IMG/VR virus record: IMGVR_UViG_2924862757_000006
DNA from: an uncultured virus (IMG/VR IMGVR_UViG_2924862757_000006)
Taxonomy: Duplodnaviria > Heunggongvirae > Uroviricota > Caudoviricetes
Length of the DNA stretch: 64,000 nucleotides
Strand: one strand, 5' to 3'
Within the stretch, counting starts at the first letter, position 1. Each line of letters begins with the position of its first letter. Below the pieces are notes generated by a model. It saw only the letters and a list, made by a program, of their open reading frames with translations. It searched no databases and was not told the DNA's origin. Positions 17,169-27,133 of the stretch are shown here, in pieces. A program made the position numbers and the translations under genes.

Positions 17169-17933
17169 ATGAAAACGTGGACTGGCGAACAACTTGCTAT
17201 ACTTGACAGTGAGTACCCGACTGCTGATTTAAAAGAACTTGCTAGGCGTCTTGATAAAACACTTAGTGCTGTTAAAACAAAGGCCTTGATTCGAAAACTT
17301 AGGCGCTCTCCGAGAATCTCGTTTTGGAATAGTGAGAGACTTGATAAATTGAAAAAGTTGTATCCCAATCATACTAATGAGGAAATAGCACAGATATTAG
17401 GTACCACTTATTCTGCTGTAAATGGAGTTGCATTTAAATTACGGCTCTTTAAATCTAAAGAATTTAAATTTCAATGCGCTTCTAAAAGCTTCTTTCCCAA
17501 AGGCCACCAACCGATGAACAAGGGACGTAAGCAAACGGAATATATGTCAGAGGAACAATTAGCAAAAACGAAAGCTACCCGATTTAAGAAAGGACATGTC
17601 CCCAAAAATCATAAACCAGTCGGTTATGAACGCATAACTCGTGACGGTTACATTGAAGTGAAAACTGCCGAACCGAATGTCTTTGAACTTAAACATCGGC
17701 TTGTATGGATTGAGCATAATGGAGAAATCCCCCCTGGTTATAATATTCAGTTTAAAGATGGCAACAGGCAAAACGTTTCCATTGAGAACCTTTACATGAT
17801 TAGTCGTTCTGAACAATTAAAAAAAGAGAATTCTTTGTATGCCCGATATCCGGAAGATGTTCAGTACCTAATCAAACTAAAAGGAGCTTTGAATAGACAA
17901 ATTAATAAAGCAACAAAAAAGAATGAATCATGA
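17169..17933 (+). CDS. HNH endonuclease with repeated N-terminal domains
   Basis: KHRLVW...FKDGNRQNVSIENL; FKKGHVPKN repeats. Confidence 0.8.
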   Translation: MKTWTGEQLAILDSEYPTADLKELARRLDKTLSAVKTKALIRKLRRSPRISFWNSERLDKLKKLYPNHTNEEIAQILGTTYSAVNGVAFKLRLFKSKEFKFQCASKSFFPKGHQPMNKGRKQTEYMSEEQLAKTKATRFKKGHVPKNHKPVGYERITRDGYIEVKTAEPNVFELKHRLVWIEHNGEIPPGYNIQFKDGNRQNVSIENLYMISRSEQLKKENSLYARYPEDVQYLIKLKGALNRQINKATKKNES

Positions 17934-18367
17934 CTGATGGAGCAATAGATAGATTGAAAGAAATGGTTAATAAACCATTCCTTTATCAGAATGAAGAAGT
18001 TGTAATTCTCAATTACTGTGACGGTACCGGTGATGATGGTACCGAAGTTGAGATATACTTGAATAATGGCAAAGTATTGGTATTTAGTATGTTTGATTTG
18101 GCTTCCAAATTGAATCGTTTTCGGCCAATAACAAACACAGTTGTCGTGTTGGCTAATGAACGGTTGAATAAGGTGTCTACAGTGAACCCTACCATTTTAC
18201 AAGATTTGAGAAATTTGGTTCTTCAACAAATAAAGGATGTGAAAGAAGATCCTAGTAAAGTGAGCCAAGCAAAACAAGTTTTCCAAGGGGTTAATACCGT
18301 AATCAATCTTGCTAAGACAGAATTAGAGTACAGGAAATATTTAGATACAACAGACCCCTCAAAATAA
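17930..18367 (+). CDS. Hypothetical protein
   Basis: Coupled to the HNH gene. Confidence 0.7.
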   Translation: MTDGAIDRLKEMVNKPFLYQNEEVVILNYCDGTGDDGTEVEIYLNNGKVLVFSMFDLASKLNRFRPITNTVVVLANERLNKVSTVNPTILQDLRNLVLQQIKDVKEDPSKVSQAKQVFQGVNTVINLAKTELEYRKYLDTTDPSK

Positions 18368-18477
18368 ATAATTAGTATGCTGATAGATAAAGAATATGTT
18401 CATTGGTTTCGCATCAGAGACCAACCTAATAGAATCGTGTGAGATTATTCATAGTCTAACAATTTAACCCGATCGAT

Positions 18478-18771
18478 ATGATAACATTGAATAGGTTTGC
18501 CCAGAGATGCTTGAATATCATGAGGAAGCGCTTTAAGATGAATGAGCATAGCTCAAGAAAAGCGTTTAGCATAAGAATTGAAGCCGTTTGGAGAAAATTC
18601 GATATTGCTTCTAAATATAGGAGTGATAATCTTCCTAAATATTCGGAAGATGAAGAATTGGCAGCCGAGATGATAATTTACCTTGTTGCCTATTTAAAAA
18701 GATTTGGTTGTGAGGACATTGAACAGCTTATCAAAGATAAGATAGAGTTCGATGATAGAAAAAATGATTAG
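18478..18771 (+). CDS. Hypothetical protein (MazG-like helical motif)
   Basis: EEELAAE-type motif (DEELAAEMIIYL). Confidence 0.55.
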   Translation: MITLNRFAQRCLNIMRKRFKMNEHSSRKAFSIRIEAVWRKFDIASKYRSDNLPKYSEDEELAAEMIIYLVAYLKRFGCEDIEQLIKDKIEFDDRKND

Positions 18772-18831
18772 GTGTTGTTACTGACTGTTTGTGTTGTTGA
18801 TTTTGTGTTGTTGATTTTAATATAGTTAGTT

Positions 18832-19488
18832 ATGACAGAGATTATTCAAGTCTGCCTACTTGATTTTAATAAGGGGCAGCTCACGGGATTGCCGAAAAAT
18901 CCACGTTTTTTTCGTGATTACCGCTTTGAAGCGATGAAGAAAAGCATTCAGGATTCGCCAGAGATGCTTGAGCTTCGAGAACTTATAGTTTTTCCCTACA
19001 ATGATGGCAGATATATTGTTGTTTGTGGTAATTTACGTTTGCGAGCTTGCAAGGAGTTAGGTTATAAAGAACTGCCTTGTAAAATTCTGGCACCTGATAC
19101 CCCCGTTAAGAAGTTGAGGGAATATGCCACTAAAGATAATGTCAATTTTGGTGAGAATGATTTGGACGTTATGGAAAACGAGTGGAATAAGGCGGAACTC
19201 CAAGATTGGGGCATCGAATTTGCCCCGGAGAAGAAAGAGGATGAATTTAAAGAGCGCTTCGATGCCATCACGGATGATACAGCCATTTATCCTCTCATTC
19301 CAAAGTATGACGAAAAACATGAGTTGTTTATCATCACCTCAAGTAATGAGGTAGATAGCAACTGGCTTCGTGAAAGGCTGGACATGCAGCACATGAAGTC
19401 GTACAAAACCGGGAAAATAAGTAAATCCAATGTAATTGATATAAAAGACGTTCGCCATGCCCTGCAAGATAGTAATACCAAGTCATAA
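18832..19488 (+). CDS. ParB/Srx N-terminal domain protein
   Basis: KNPR, VVCGNLRLRACKELG, KDN motifs. Confidence 0.82.
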   Translation: MTEIIQVCLLDFNKGQLTGLPKNPRFFRDYRFEAMKKSIQDSPEMLELRELIVFPYNDGRYIVVCGNLRLRACKELGYKELPCKILAPDTPVKKLREYATKDNVNFGENDLDVMENEWNKAELQDWGIEFAPEKKEDEFKERFDAITDDTAIYPLIPKYDEKHELFIITSSNEVDSNWLRERLDMQHMKSYKTGKISKSNVIDIKDVRHALQDSNTKS

Positions 19489-20209
19489 ACGCCATGACCG
19501 GGTGTTCGCTAAAAAGTTGGTGAACGATCCTATCATTTGCGTTGCTGAAAGTCAAGCTGACTTATATCAACAATTTAACCCGGAATGTGAAATTGTTACT
19601 CATCCTGACGACGTTATGGGCCTCATCCCGAAACGTAACTGGATGGCAAAGCATTTTGGAGAACTTTTCATGCTTGATGATGATGTCCATGCCTGCAAAC
19701 CTATTTATGTGGAAAAAGGAGAACCTAGCCGGATAAAGGATAAAGATAAGATAACCAATATCATTCAGTCATTATTTGAGATGGCCAGTATGATGGATGT
19801 ACATCTGTTTGGCTTCACCGCTCGGATATCGCCGGTAATGTATGATGAATCCGCTTTTCTTTCTCTTTCGAAAATGATAACCGGTTGCAGTTATGGAGTA
19901 ATCTATAACAAAAACACTTGGTGGAATGAGGAAATACGTTTGAAGGAAGATTTTTGGATTTCTTGTTACATGAAGTACAAAGAACGTAAGGTTTTAACCG
20001 ATTTGCGGTATAATTTTGAGCAAAAGAACACTTTTGTAAACGCTGGTGGGCTTGCTTCTATAAGGAATCAGGAAGAGGAACGTAAATCTATCCTCTTTAT
20101 CAAAAAGAATTTTGGTGATAGTATTTTGCTAAAGAGTGCAACCACTAATGGGAAAGACAAAACAAAGCAGCTCGTTCAATATAATATATCATGCAAATTC
20201 AAATTCTAA
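19457..20209 (+). CDS. GT-A glycosyltransferase, TAGT/GREB1-like
   Basis: IVIPSHKR, KRNW, MLDDD, KEDF, NAGG motifs; coupled to a ParB gene. Confidence 0.7.
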   Translation: MPCKIVIPSHKRHDRVFAKKLVNDPIICVAESQADLYQQFNPECEIVTHPDDVMGLIPKRNWMAKHFGELFMLDDDVHACKPIYVEKGEPSRIKDKDKITNIIQSLFEMASMMDVHLFGFTARISPVMYDESAFLSLSKMITGCSYGVIYNKNTWWNEEIRLKEDFWISCYMKYKERKVLTDLRYNFEQKNTFVNAGGLASIRNQEEERKSILFIKKNFGDSILLKSATTNGKDKTKQLVQYNISCKFKF

Positions 20210-20217
20210 TAGTCTGT

Positions 20218-20310
20218 AAAAAAGGCGTTTAAATGGCGTCCATTCTGTTTGTCATATTCGCCTTTTTTAGCTAATTTTACAGATGTAATAAACTAAAAGT
20301 CAAACCATTA
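20218..20310 (+). promoter_or_regulatory. Repeated middle-promoter/leader, copy 3 (diverged)
   Basis: AAAAGGCG/AAATGGCG, TTTG-N20-TAATTTTA, AAAGTCAAACCA. Confidence 0.75.
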
Positions 20311-20320
20311 AATTAGAATT

Positions 20321-20896
20321 ATGATTATAAGAACAGTTTGCGGATATGATTTCTTTGAGGTGAGTTCTGCAATGCAGAAAGCCATTAGGCGAGCCGACAC
20401 CGGGGTAGCCGGCTTTTTTGCATTGGAACTTTGGGCGAGTGGGTACCGCGATTATGTGTGGAAGCGTCTGTTTACCATTAGTGCTGAAGATTGCTATGGA
20501 ATCATTACTAAAGAGATAGAAGCATTGTGGCAGGGGCATGAGCTGGTAAACAAGACTGCTACTGAACCCAAAGGGAGGATATTTGTCAGTAAAGCTGTTA
20601 TTCTCCTTTGTGAATGTAGAAAGAATCGTGATGCGGATCATTTGCAAAACTTCATCTATGATAGAAAGGATATTGATATAGAAAAGTGGATAAATGATGT
20701 CAGGCGTTACCCTATTCCTATTCCAGATTACACTTTCGATGTACATACACGAAAGGGTAAAAAACATGGGAGAACCAAAGAAGAATTCTTTCAGGAAGAA
20801 TACAAGGCGTTACAACCTCGTGCTCCTGGTTTATTCGATGATTTGGTTCAACCCAGTCAACCAAAGTTATTTAATGATGAAACCACGGCTAAGTAG
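20321..20896 (+). CDS. MgsA/RarA C-terminal-like protein lacking the ATPase domain
   Basis: SAMQKAIRRAD...RLFTISAED...IPDYTFDVHT; no Walker A. Confidence 0.7.
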   Translation: MIIRTVCGYDFFEVSSAMQKAIRRADTGVAGFFALELWASGYRDYVWKRLFTISAEDCYGIITKEIEALWQGHELVNKTATEPKGRIFVSKAVILLCECRKNRDADHLQNFIYDRKDIDIEKWINDVRRYPIPIPDYTFDVHTRKGKKHGRTKEEFFQEEYKALQPRAPGLFDDLVQPSQPKLFNDETTAK

Positions 20897-20945
20897 CTGT
20901 GGTTTCATCATTTTTCATATAAGTCAAACCAATTTAATTAAAAAA

Positions 20946-21593
20946 ATGAACACGTATTACAAATTTGCGCCAAATGTATTTTTGGCAAAGTGTGATGAGA
21001 AGCACGAAAAAGGTGAAACTATTGAAGTTACCACCAAGTATGGAAAAGAAAATGAATGTATTGTTTTCAACCTCATTTACGAACGTGATGGATTCTATTA
21101 CTACTCAATCGTACGGGCTGATGGCTTTAATGTGCAAGAGTGGGCCAAACAAAGAGCTGAACGTCGTCATGAATGGGCTACATCTGCTGTACAGAAAAGC
21201 TGTGAATATTACAACAAGTCCAATAAAGATAAGGATTTTCTTTCTCTAGGTGAGCCTATCAAAGTGGGACATCATAGCGAGAAGCGACACAGAAAAGCGA
21301 TAGATGATGCGTGGAACAATATGGGGAAAAGCGTTGAGTTTAGCGATAAGGCTGCCGAACATGAAAGAGTTGCGAAGTATTGGGAAAAAAGGGCTAATAC
21401 GATAAACTTGTCCATGCCGGAAAGTATAGATTTCTACGAACATAAGTTGGAACAAGCAAAAGAATATCACGAAGGATTGAAGTCCGGTAAGTACCGACGC
21501 GAGCATACATACGCTATGGCTTATGCCAATAAAGCAGTAAAAGAGGCTAAAAAAAATTATGACCTTGCAGTAAAGCTGTGGGGCGATGTTTAA
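20946..21593 (+). CDS. DUF3560-like protein
   Basis: GEPIKVGHHSEKRHR motif. Confidence 0.75.
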   Translation: MNTYYKFAPNVFLAKCDEKHEKGETIEVTTKYGKENECIVFNLIYERDGFYYYSIVRADGFNVQEWAKQRAERRHEWATSAVQKSCEYYNKSNKDKDFLSLGEPIKVGHHSEKRHRKAIDDAWNNMGKSVEFSDKAAEHERVAKYWEKRANTINLSMPESIDFYEHKLEQAKEYHEGLKSGKYRREHTYAMAYANKAVKEAKKNYDLAVKLWGDV

Positions 21594-21621
21594 TAATTTG
21601 TAGTATCTCAAATAATTTACT

Positions 21622-22086
21622 ATGAGAGAATTATCAAAAGAAACCTCATTACAAAGGGTAATGAGGGCTTCAGGTCGTGTACCTGTACAATGCTCATGCA
21701 GTGTTTGTAAACAACAATGTCATACGCCATGTTTAGGTACTCCTGATGATATTGAACGAATTATTGATGCAGGTTATGCCGACAGGTTAGCGCTGACGAA
21801 CTGGGCTGCTGGTATATTCTTAGGGGTTATTAATATTGCTATTCCGATGATTCAGCCCGTTGCTGGTAAGGAGTATTGTGCTTTTTTCGAGAATGGACTG
21901 TGTATCTTACATGATAAGGGTTTGAAGCCCACTGAAGGACGTTTGTCTCATCACACAGTCAGGAAGGATAACTTCAATCCTGCTATGAGTATTGCTTGGA
22001 ACGTTGCAAAAGAATGGCTGATGCCGGAGAATGAGGATGTACTTTCTCGTGTAGTAAATAAATTCTTGAATGCGAGGAAGCCATGA
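21622..22086 (+). CDS. Cys-rich metal-binding protein (YkgJ-like)
   Basis: CxCxxCxxxC...CAFFENGLCILH..KP. Confidence 0.65.
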   Translation: MRELSKETSLQRVMRASGRVPVQCSCSVCKQQCHTPCLGTPDDIERIIDAGYADRLALTNWAAGIFLGVINIAIPMIQPVAGKEYCAFFENGLCILHDKGLKPTEGRLSHHTVRKDNFNPAMSIAWNVAKEWLMPENEDVLSRVVNKFLNARKP

Positions 22087-22409
22087 ATGTGTGTCAATCA
22101 ATACCTCGTAGAGATTGTAAAGTGTTTGCTAAATGTGGAGCAAAATCCTTATCACATTGCCGGCGGCACCGCGAAACTGATGAGAAGTGTAAAAGTTGTA
22201 CTCTAATTCATCGTAAGCCGCGTAATCGGATTATAGATGATTCAGGACGTGAAATGAAAAGATGTACCCATTGCGGAAATTACTTCTACTTGAACCGGTT
22301 CTACAATCGTATAGTGGTGAGAAAAGGTAAGGAATATCATTTGTTGACTTCCTGGTGCCGTATGTGTATGTCACAGATTAATAATCAGAGGGCAAAGAAG
22401 AAAAAGTGA
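22083..22409 (+). CDS. Cys-rich zinc-finger protein
   Basis: Several CxxC pairs. Confidence 0.6.
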   Translation: MNVCQSIPRRDCKVFAKCGAKSLSHCRRHRETDEKCKSCTLIHRKPRNRIIDDSGREMKRCTHCGNYFYLNRFYNRIVVRKGKEYHLLTSWCRMCMSQINNQRAKKKK

Positions 22410-22430
22410 CTTGTCTATTAAATTTTTTGT

Positions 22431-23153
22431 ATGAAATATTATGCTTCAGTCAGCTTTGGAAAGGATTCCTTGGCAATGCTTTTCATGCTAATAGATAAAG
22501 GATATCAGTTGGATGAAGTCGTTTTCTATGATACAGGTATGGAATTTCAGGCAATCTATAACACTCGTGATGCTGTTCTTCCAATTCTTAAAAAACTTGG
22601 CATTAAATATACAGAACTGCATCCGGAGCAACCTTTTCTTTGGACAATGTTTGAAAGGCCGGTTAAGAAAAGAGGGACCAATATTATCCATAAAAAAGGA
22701 TATAGTTGGTGTGGGGGAACATGCCGATGGGGAACGAGTGAAAAACTTCGTGCGTTGAAAGCTCACACAAAAGATGGAATTGATTATGTCGGTATTGCTG
22801 CCGATGAGATGCATCGCTTTGAAAAAGAAAATCGGGCTAATCGGGTTTTACCACTTCGTGACTGGGGGGTTACAGAAGCAGATGCACTCCAGTACTGTTA
22901 TACAAAAGGCTTTGTTTGGTGTGAGGATGGAGTAAGGCTATATGAACTACTTGATCGTGTGAGTTGCTGGTGTTGTGGAAATAAGAATTTGAAGGAGTTG
23001 AAGAATATGTATTTGTACCTTCCATGGTATTGGAAAAAGCTGAAAGAACTTCAGTTAAATACCGATAGGCCCTATCGTCGTAATAGTGGAGAAACCATTT
23101 TTGATTTAGAGGAAAGATTTAGACGTGAATTGTTGAAGAAAAAAACTGATTAA
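22431..23153 (+). CDS. PAPS reductase-family (PP-loop) protein
   Basis: SFGKDS, DTGMEF, GIAADE, RVSCWCC. Confidence 0.88.
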   Translation: MKYYASVSFGKDSLAMLFMLIDKGYQLDEVVFYDTGMEFQAIYNTRDAVLPILKKLGIKYTELHPEQPFLWTMFERPVKKRGTNIIHKKGYSWCGGTCRWGTSEKLRALKAHTKDGIDYVGIAADEMHRFEKENRANRVLPLRDWGVTEADALQYCYTKGFVWCEDGVRLYELLDRVSCWCCGNKNLKELKNMYLYLPWYWKKLKELQLNTDRPYRRNSGETIFDLEERFRRELLKKKTD

Positions 23154-23241
23154 AATGGCGTTAAAATGGCGAAGTTTCTGTTTGCTAAACTTGTCAATAA
23201 CGATTACCTTTATAGACGTAAAGCATTAAAAGTCAATCAAT
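23152..23241 (+). promoter_or_regulatory. Repeated middle-promoter/leader, copy 4
   Basis: Matches copy 1 from AAAATGGCG through TACCTTTA. Confidence 0.8.
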
Positions 23242-23487
23242 ATGAAGAGGAATGAAAAAATAGAAAAATTAGAAAGACTGGGTATTTTCAATCAATGGAA
23301 ATATAATACAGAAAGAGCAAATGAGACATTTAATATTGAGTGTCCTGACTTCTCAATGACAAATGAAGAACGGATGAACAATTTGTTAGATGTTGATTGC
23401 TGTTTTCATCGGTTTCTAGCTATTTCATTCCCTTTTTATAATACTCCTGAAGGTGCTGTTTTTTGGGAGAATATTGCAAAAAAATAA
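23242..23487 (+). CDS. Hypothetical protein
   Basis: First ORF after promoter copy 4. Confidence 0.65.
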   Translation: MKRNEKIEKLERLGIFNQWKYNTERANETFNIECPDFSMTNEERMNNLLDVDCCFHRFLAISFPFYNTPEGAVFWENIAKK

Positions 23488-23510
23488 TCGAACTTAATTG
23501 AATTGAAATT

Positions 23511-24017
23511 ATGAGTAAAAAAGATTTAATAGAGCAGAACATCACAAGAGTTCAAGAATATGTGAGGGAACTTATTGAAGATGCAAAGTGGAATAATGGT
23601 GTTTCGGAAACTCTTGAATCTACTTCAATAATTGTAGGTAATAGTGATGATATCTATGATTTTGCAATTTTATTTGCTTCTAATAGTGAATGTGTTTATT
23701 GTGAATTCATAAATGGTAAAATAGAGTACATTGATTGTGAACTAGATTGTGAAATATGCCAATTTGAAGGAAGACTAATTTTTCAATATATAAACGGAAG
23801 TTTTCATAATCCTACTGGTCAAATTATCGAACTATCAAAATTGCTGATGAGAGGCGAATTAAAAGACACAAAAAGTATCTTTTGTTCTATGGTACTTCGA
23901 TTAATGGATACTGAAGAATACAGTAACAATTATTGCAAATCTTTGGATTTAGTTCTGAGGCTGTTTCCTGAAATAGATGGAGAATTATTAGAAAAGGAAT
24001 TGGATAGATATATTTAA
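23511..24017 (+). CDS. Hypothetical protein
   Basis: ORF in the accessory operon. Confidence 0.65.
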   Translation: MSKKDLIEQNITRVQEYVRELIEDAKWNNGVSETLESTSIIVGNSDDIYDFAILFASNSECVYCEFINGKIEYIDCELDCEICQFEGRLIFQYINGSFHNPTGQIIELSKLLMRGELKDTKSIFCSMVLRLMDTEEYSNNYCKSLDLVLRLFPEIDGELLEKELDRYI

Positions 24018-24028
24018 GCATTACAAGG

Positions 24029-24637
24029 ATGAGTAAAATGAAATTAAATGAATTAAGAGACAAAGCATATAGAACTGCCTGCGGGCACGGGTTTCACGAT
24101 CAGGAATTGAGTAATGAACATTTTCTTTGTCTTGTAATATCTGAACTTATGGAAGCTGTGGAAGCAGATAGAAGGGGAAAGCGTGCTAATGTTGATTGGT
24201 TCGAGAAGAAAATCTCAACCAGTCGTATTTGTCAAGGGTTAGACCCTGACATTCCCAAAGAGCGCGGTTACGAAGTCGCATATAACGAAACCATTAAAGG
24301 TTCAATCGAAGAAGAGTTAGCCGATGCTGTAATCCGCTTGCTTGACCTGGCAGGGCTTCGAGGAATAAGCCTTGAACTTGCCAACGGAGATATTGAGGAC
24401 TGTATTGAAGATATGGCAGAAGCCTGTAAAGACGAAACTTTCACCGAATCAATCTATTCCATCTCTACACTTCCTGTTAGGTATGACGGAATATTTGATT
24501 TTCCTACAGCCGTGAATGATATGATACTATCAATCTTCGGGCTTGCCAAGCACTTAGAAATAAACCTGCTTTGGCACATCGAACAGAAAATGAAATATAA
24601 TGAACTCCGTGAAAAAATGCATGGGAAAAAGTATTAA
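24029..24637 (+). CDS. MazG-like nucleotide pyrophosphohydrolase
   Basis: ISELMEAVEA...EEELADAVIRLLD...KMKYN.R..MHGKKY. Confidence 0.78.
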   Translation: MSKMKLNELRDKAYRTACGHGFHDQELSNEHFLCLVISELMEAVEADRRGKRANVDWFEKKISTSRICQGLDPDIPKERGYEVAYNETIKGSIEEELADAVIRLLDLAGLRGISLELANGDIEDCIEDMAEACKDETFTESIYSISTLPVRYDGIFDFPTAVNDMILSIFGLAKHLEINLLWHIEQKMKYNELREKMHGKKY

Positions 24638-24654
24638 CTCTCAAATCAGAAAAA

Positions 24655-25761
24655 ATGGATGATAAACGAAAACAGATATTAGTAGATTATATATCATACT
24701 TGTATACAACAGGTAAAAGCTACGATTTTATAGGGAAATATATCAAGTATGTTAATGATTTCCTTGAAGATGCTATCTGTATAAACCGTCGCGGATATCT
24801 TGCATACAAGCAGAAAAATGTGGAAATAATGGTTCGCCATCCACTTATGTGTAATGCTATACTTGATTTGTTATCATTTTTAGGTATTGGCTATAAACGT
24901 AAAGAGAAAGTTGTAAAACCGTTAGAAAAGTTAAGTGCCATTTCTGAAAAAAATAAGGCCTTAATCAGTGAGTTTATAGTTCATCTGACAGATAGTAATG
25001 ATTATTCTCCTCATACAGTTGACATCTATTATACTTCTCTAAAGAAGTATTTTGAGTACGCAAATGAAGTAAACATGGATAATTGTAAGAGGTTCGTAAA
25101 AATGCTTGAAGAGAACTCTTTTTCACCTCAAACAATTCGTCTACGAATTACTGCATTAGAGAAGTTCTCAAAATGGATAAAGAAACCTATCGAATTAAAG
25201 AGACCTAAAATGAAACGGAAATTAGATGTCTCTAATGTCCCTACAGAAGATGAGTATAACAGATTACTGGAATATCTTAAAACCAAATCAAATAAAGACT
25301 ATTACTTTTTTATTAAGGTTTTAGGTACTACTGGTGCACGCCTTTCTGAATTTTTGCAATTTACCTGGGAGGATATAGTCGCCGGTGAAGTGACTTTGAA
25401 AGGTAAAGGAAATAAGTACAGGCGTTTTTTCTTTCAAAAACAGTTACAACGAGAGGTGAAGATTTATGTGGCGGAGAATAATAAGACTGGGTTGTTTGCG
25501 GTAGGTAGATATGGTCCAATTACTCAACGTGGGCTAGCACAGTCTATGAAGGTGTGGGGGAGCCATTGTGGCATTGATTCTAAAAAAATGCACCCGCATG
25601 CCTTCCGGCACTTCTTTGCTAAAATGTTCCTGAAGAAAACCAAAGATGTAATTCAATTAGCAGACCTTCTTGGTCATGGTAGTGTAGATACAACAAGAAT
25701 TTATTTACAAAAAAGTTATGATGAACAACAAAGAGACTTTAATAAAAACGTTACGTGGTAG
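24655..25761 (+). CDS. Tyrosine recombinase/integrase family protein
   Basis: TGARLSE, KGNK, HPHAFRH, LGH, TTRIY catalytic residues. Confidence 0.92.
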   Translation: MDDKRKQILVDYISYLYTTGKSYDFIGKYIKYVNDFLEDAICINRRGYLAYKQKNVEIMVRHPLMCNAILDLLSFLGIGYKRKEKVVKPLEKLSAISEKNKALISEFIVHLTDSNDYSPHTVDIYYTSLKKYFEYANEVNMDNCKRFVKMLEENSFSPQTIRLRITALEKFSKWIKKPIELKRPKMKRKLDVSNVPTEDEYNRLLEYLKTKSNKDYYFFIKVLGTTGARLSEFLQFTWEDIVAGEVTLKGKGNKYRRFFFQKQLQREVKIYVAENNKTGLFAVGRYGPITQRGLAQSMKVWGSHCGIDSKKMHPHAFRHFFAKMFLKKTKDVIQLADLLGHGSVDTTRIYLQKSYDEQQRDFNKNVTW

Positions 25762-26710
25762 TGTAGCCCAGCTCAATGAATTGTCGGATATGACTGAAGG
25801 CATAGATGTTTATGACGCTGCCGGATATGTTGATACTGAATTTCTTATGGAAGCGCTTTCCTGTGTTAATACTTTTATGGATGCGAGTAATATGGTTATT
25901 ACGAAAATATCCTCACTGTTAGCGCCGGACGCTCCGGTTGATGAAAGGAAGAAACAGGCTGACGAAGGTAAAAAATGGAATGTGGAAGAAATACTGAAGC
26001 ATTGTACTCTTGAGGATAGTGTTCTTAAACTTCCGAAAGTACAATTCAATAAGAAATCCTATGCTGAAGCAAAGAAATGGATAGAAGAAGCTGGCGGCTC
26101 ATGGCAGGGAGGTAAGATACAGGGATTCACATTTCCTTTTAATCCGGAACGTGTGTTCTCCATCTTGAAAGAAGGTAAGCGATGCGATTTGCAAAAAGAT
26201 TTTCAGTTCTTTGAAACACCTGCTGATATTGCAGACTGGCTGATAATGCTTGCCGGTGGAATTCACGAAACAGATACCGTACTTGAACCAAGTGCCGGAC
26301 GCGGTGCTCTGATAAAAGCGATTCATCGGTCGTGCCCGTCAGTAACAGTTGAATGCTATGAATTGATGCCGGAAAACAGGGAGTTCCTTCATACACTTGA
26401 TAACGTAATATTGCTTGATGAAGATTTTACGAGAGACAGTGTAGGGCATTACACTAAGATTATTGCTAATCCTCCATTTTCCGGTAATCAGGATATTGAC
26501 CATGTAAGACTTATGTATGAACGCTTGGAAGAAGGTGGAATTCTTGCAGCTATTACCAGTCAGCATTGGAAATTCGCGTCTGAAAAGAAATGTGTTGACT
26601 TCCGGGAATGGTTGGAAGAAGTTCATGGAGAAGTTTTTGAAATCGGAGCCGGTGAATTCAAGGAAAGTGGAACAACTGTTAGTACTATGGCAGTTGTAAT
26701 AAAAAAGTAA
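25718..26710 (+). CDS. SAM-dependent amino-methyltransferase (probable N6-adenine DNA MTase)
   Basis: QFFETP, VLEPSAGRG, IIANPPF. Confidence 0.85.
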   Translation: MMNNKETLIKTLRGSVAQLNELSDMTEGIDVYDAAGYVDTEFLMEALSCVNTFMDASNMVITKISSLLAPDAPVDERKKQADEGKKWNVEEILKHCTLEDSVLKLPKVQFNKKSYAEAKKWIEEAGGSWQGGKIQGFTFPFNPERVFSILKEGKRCDLQKDFQFFETPADIADWLIMLAGGIHETDTVLEPSAGRGALIKAIHRSCPSVTVECYELMPENREFLHTLDNVILLDEDFTRDSVGHYTKIIANPPFSGNQDIDHVRLMYERLEEGGILAAITSQHWKFASEKKCVDFREWLEEVHGEVFEIGAGEFKESGTTVSTMAVVIKK

Positions 26711-26728
26711 TTCAAAACAAGAACAGAT

Positions 26729-27133
26729 ATGAATTTTAAATCATTGGTAGCTCAATTAGCAAATCGCATCAATCAGCCGCATGTGATTGAAATATATATG
26801 CGTAAAGTTTTTGCATCTGGTGTTGAGTGGCAGAAAAAGCAATCTCCATGGATAAGAGTAGAAGAACGATTACCAGATGAAGAGCAGCGTGTTTTAGTCG
26901 GATTTTTATATTACTATAAATACGATGATAGAGAAGCTGAATCACGTAAGCATATAGATGTATTCACGTATGAAAATGGTATATGGACTACTGATAGTGA
27001 TATATCATATTTAGGAAAAAGTGTCGAAAAGGATGATATTAAGGTTATATGTTGGATGCCTATTCTGTCTTTCGATGAAATATTGGAAGCCAACAGAGAT
27101 GTACTAGAACGGATTAAAAAGAAAGGAGACTGA
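26729..27133 (+). CDS. DUF551-like phage protein
   Basis: WIRVEERLP...VICWMPI. Confidence 0.75.
   Translation: MNFKSLVAQLANRINQPHVIEIYMRKVFASGVEWQKKQSPWIRVEERLPDEEQRVLVGFLYYYKYDDREAESRKHIDVFTYENGIWTTDSDISYLGKSVEKDDIKVICWMPILSFDEILEANRDVLERIKKKGD

Noticed and set aside
18788..18815. 14-bp tandem repeat TTTGTGTTGTTGAT x2
   Set aside because: Only two low-complexity copies with no linked structure; likely slippage.
8004..23241. Repeats read as a CRISPR array or as MALKWRSFC mini-proteins
   Set aside because: Copies are kilobases apart, there are no cas genes, and conservation follows promoter boxes rather than a reading frame.
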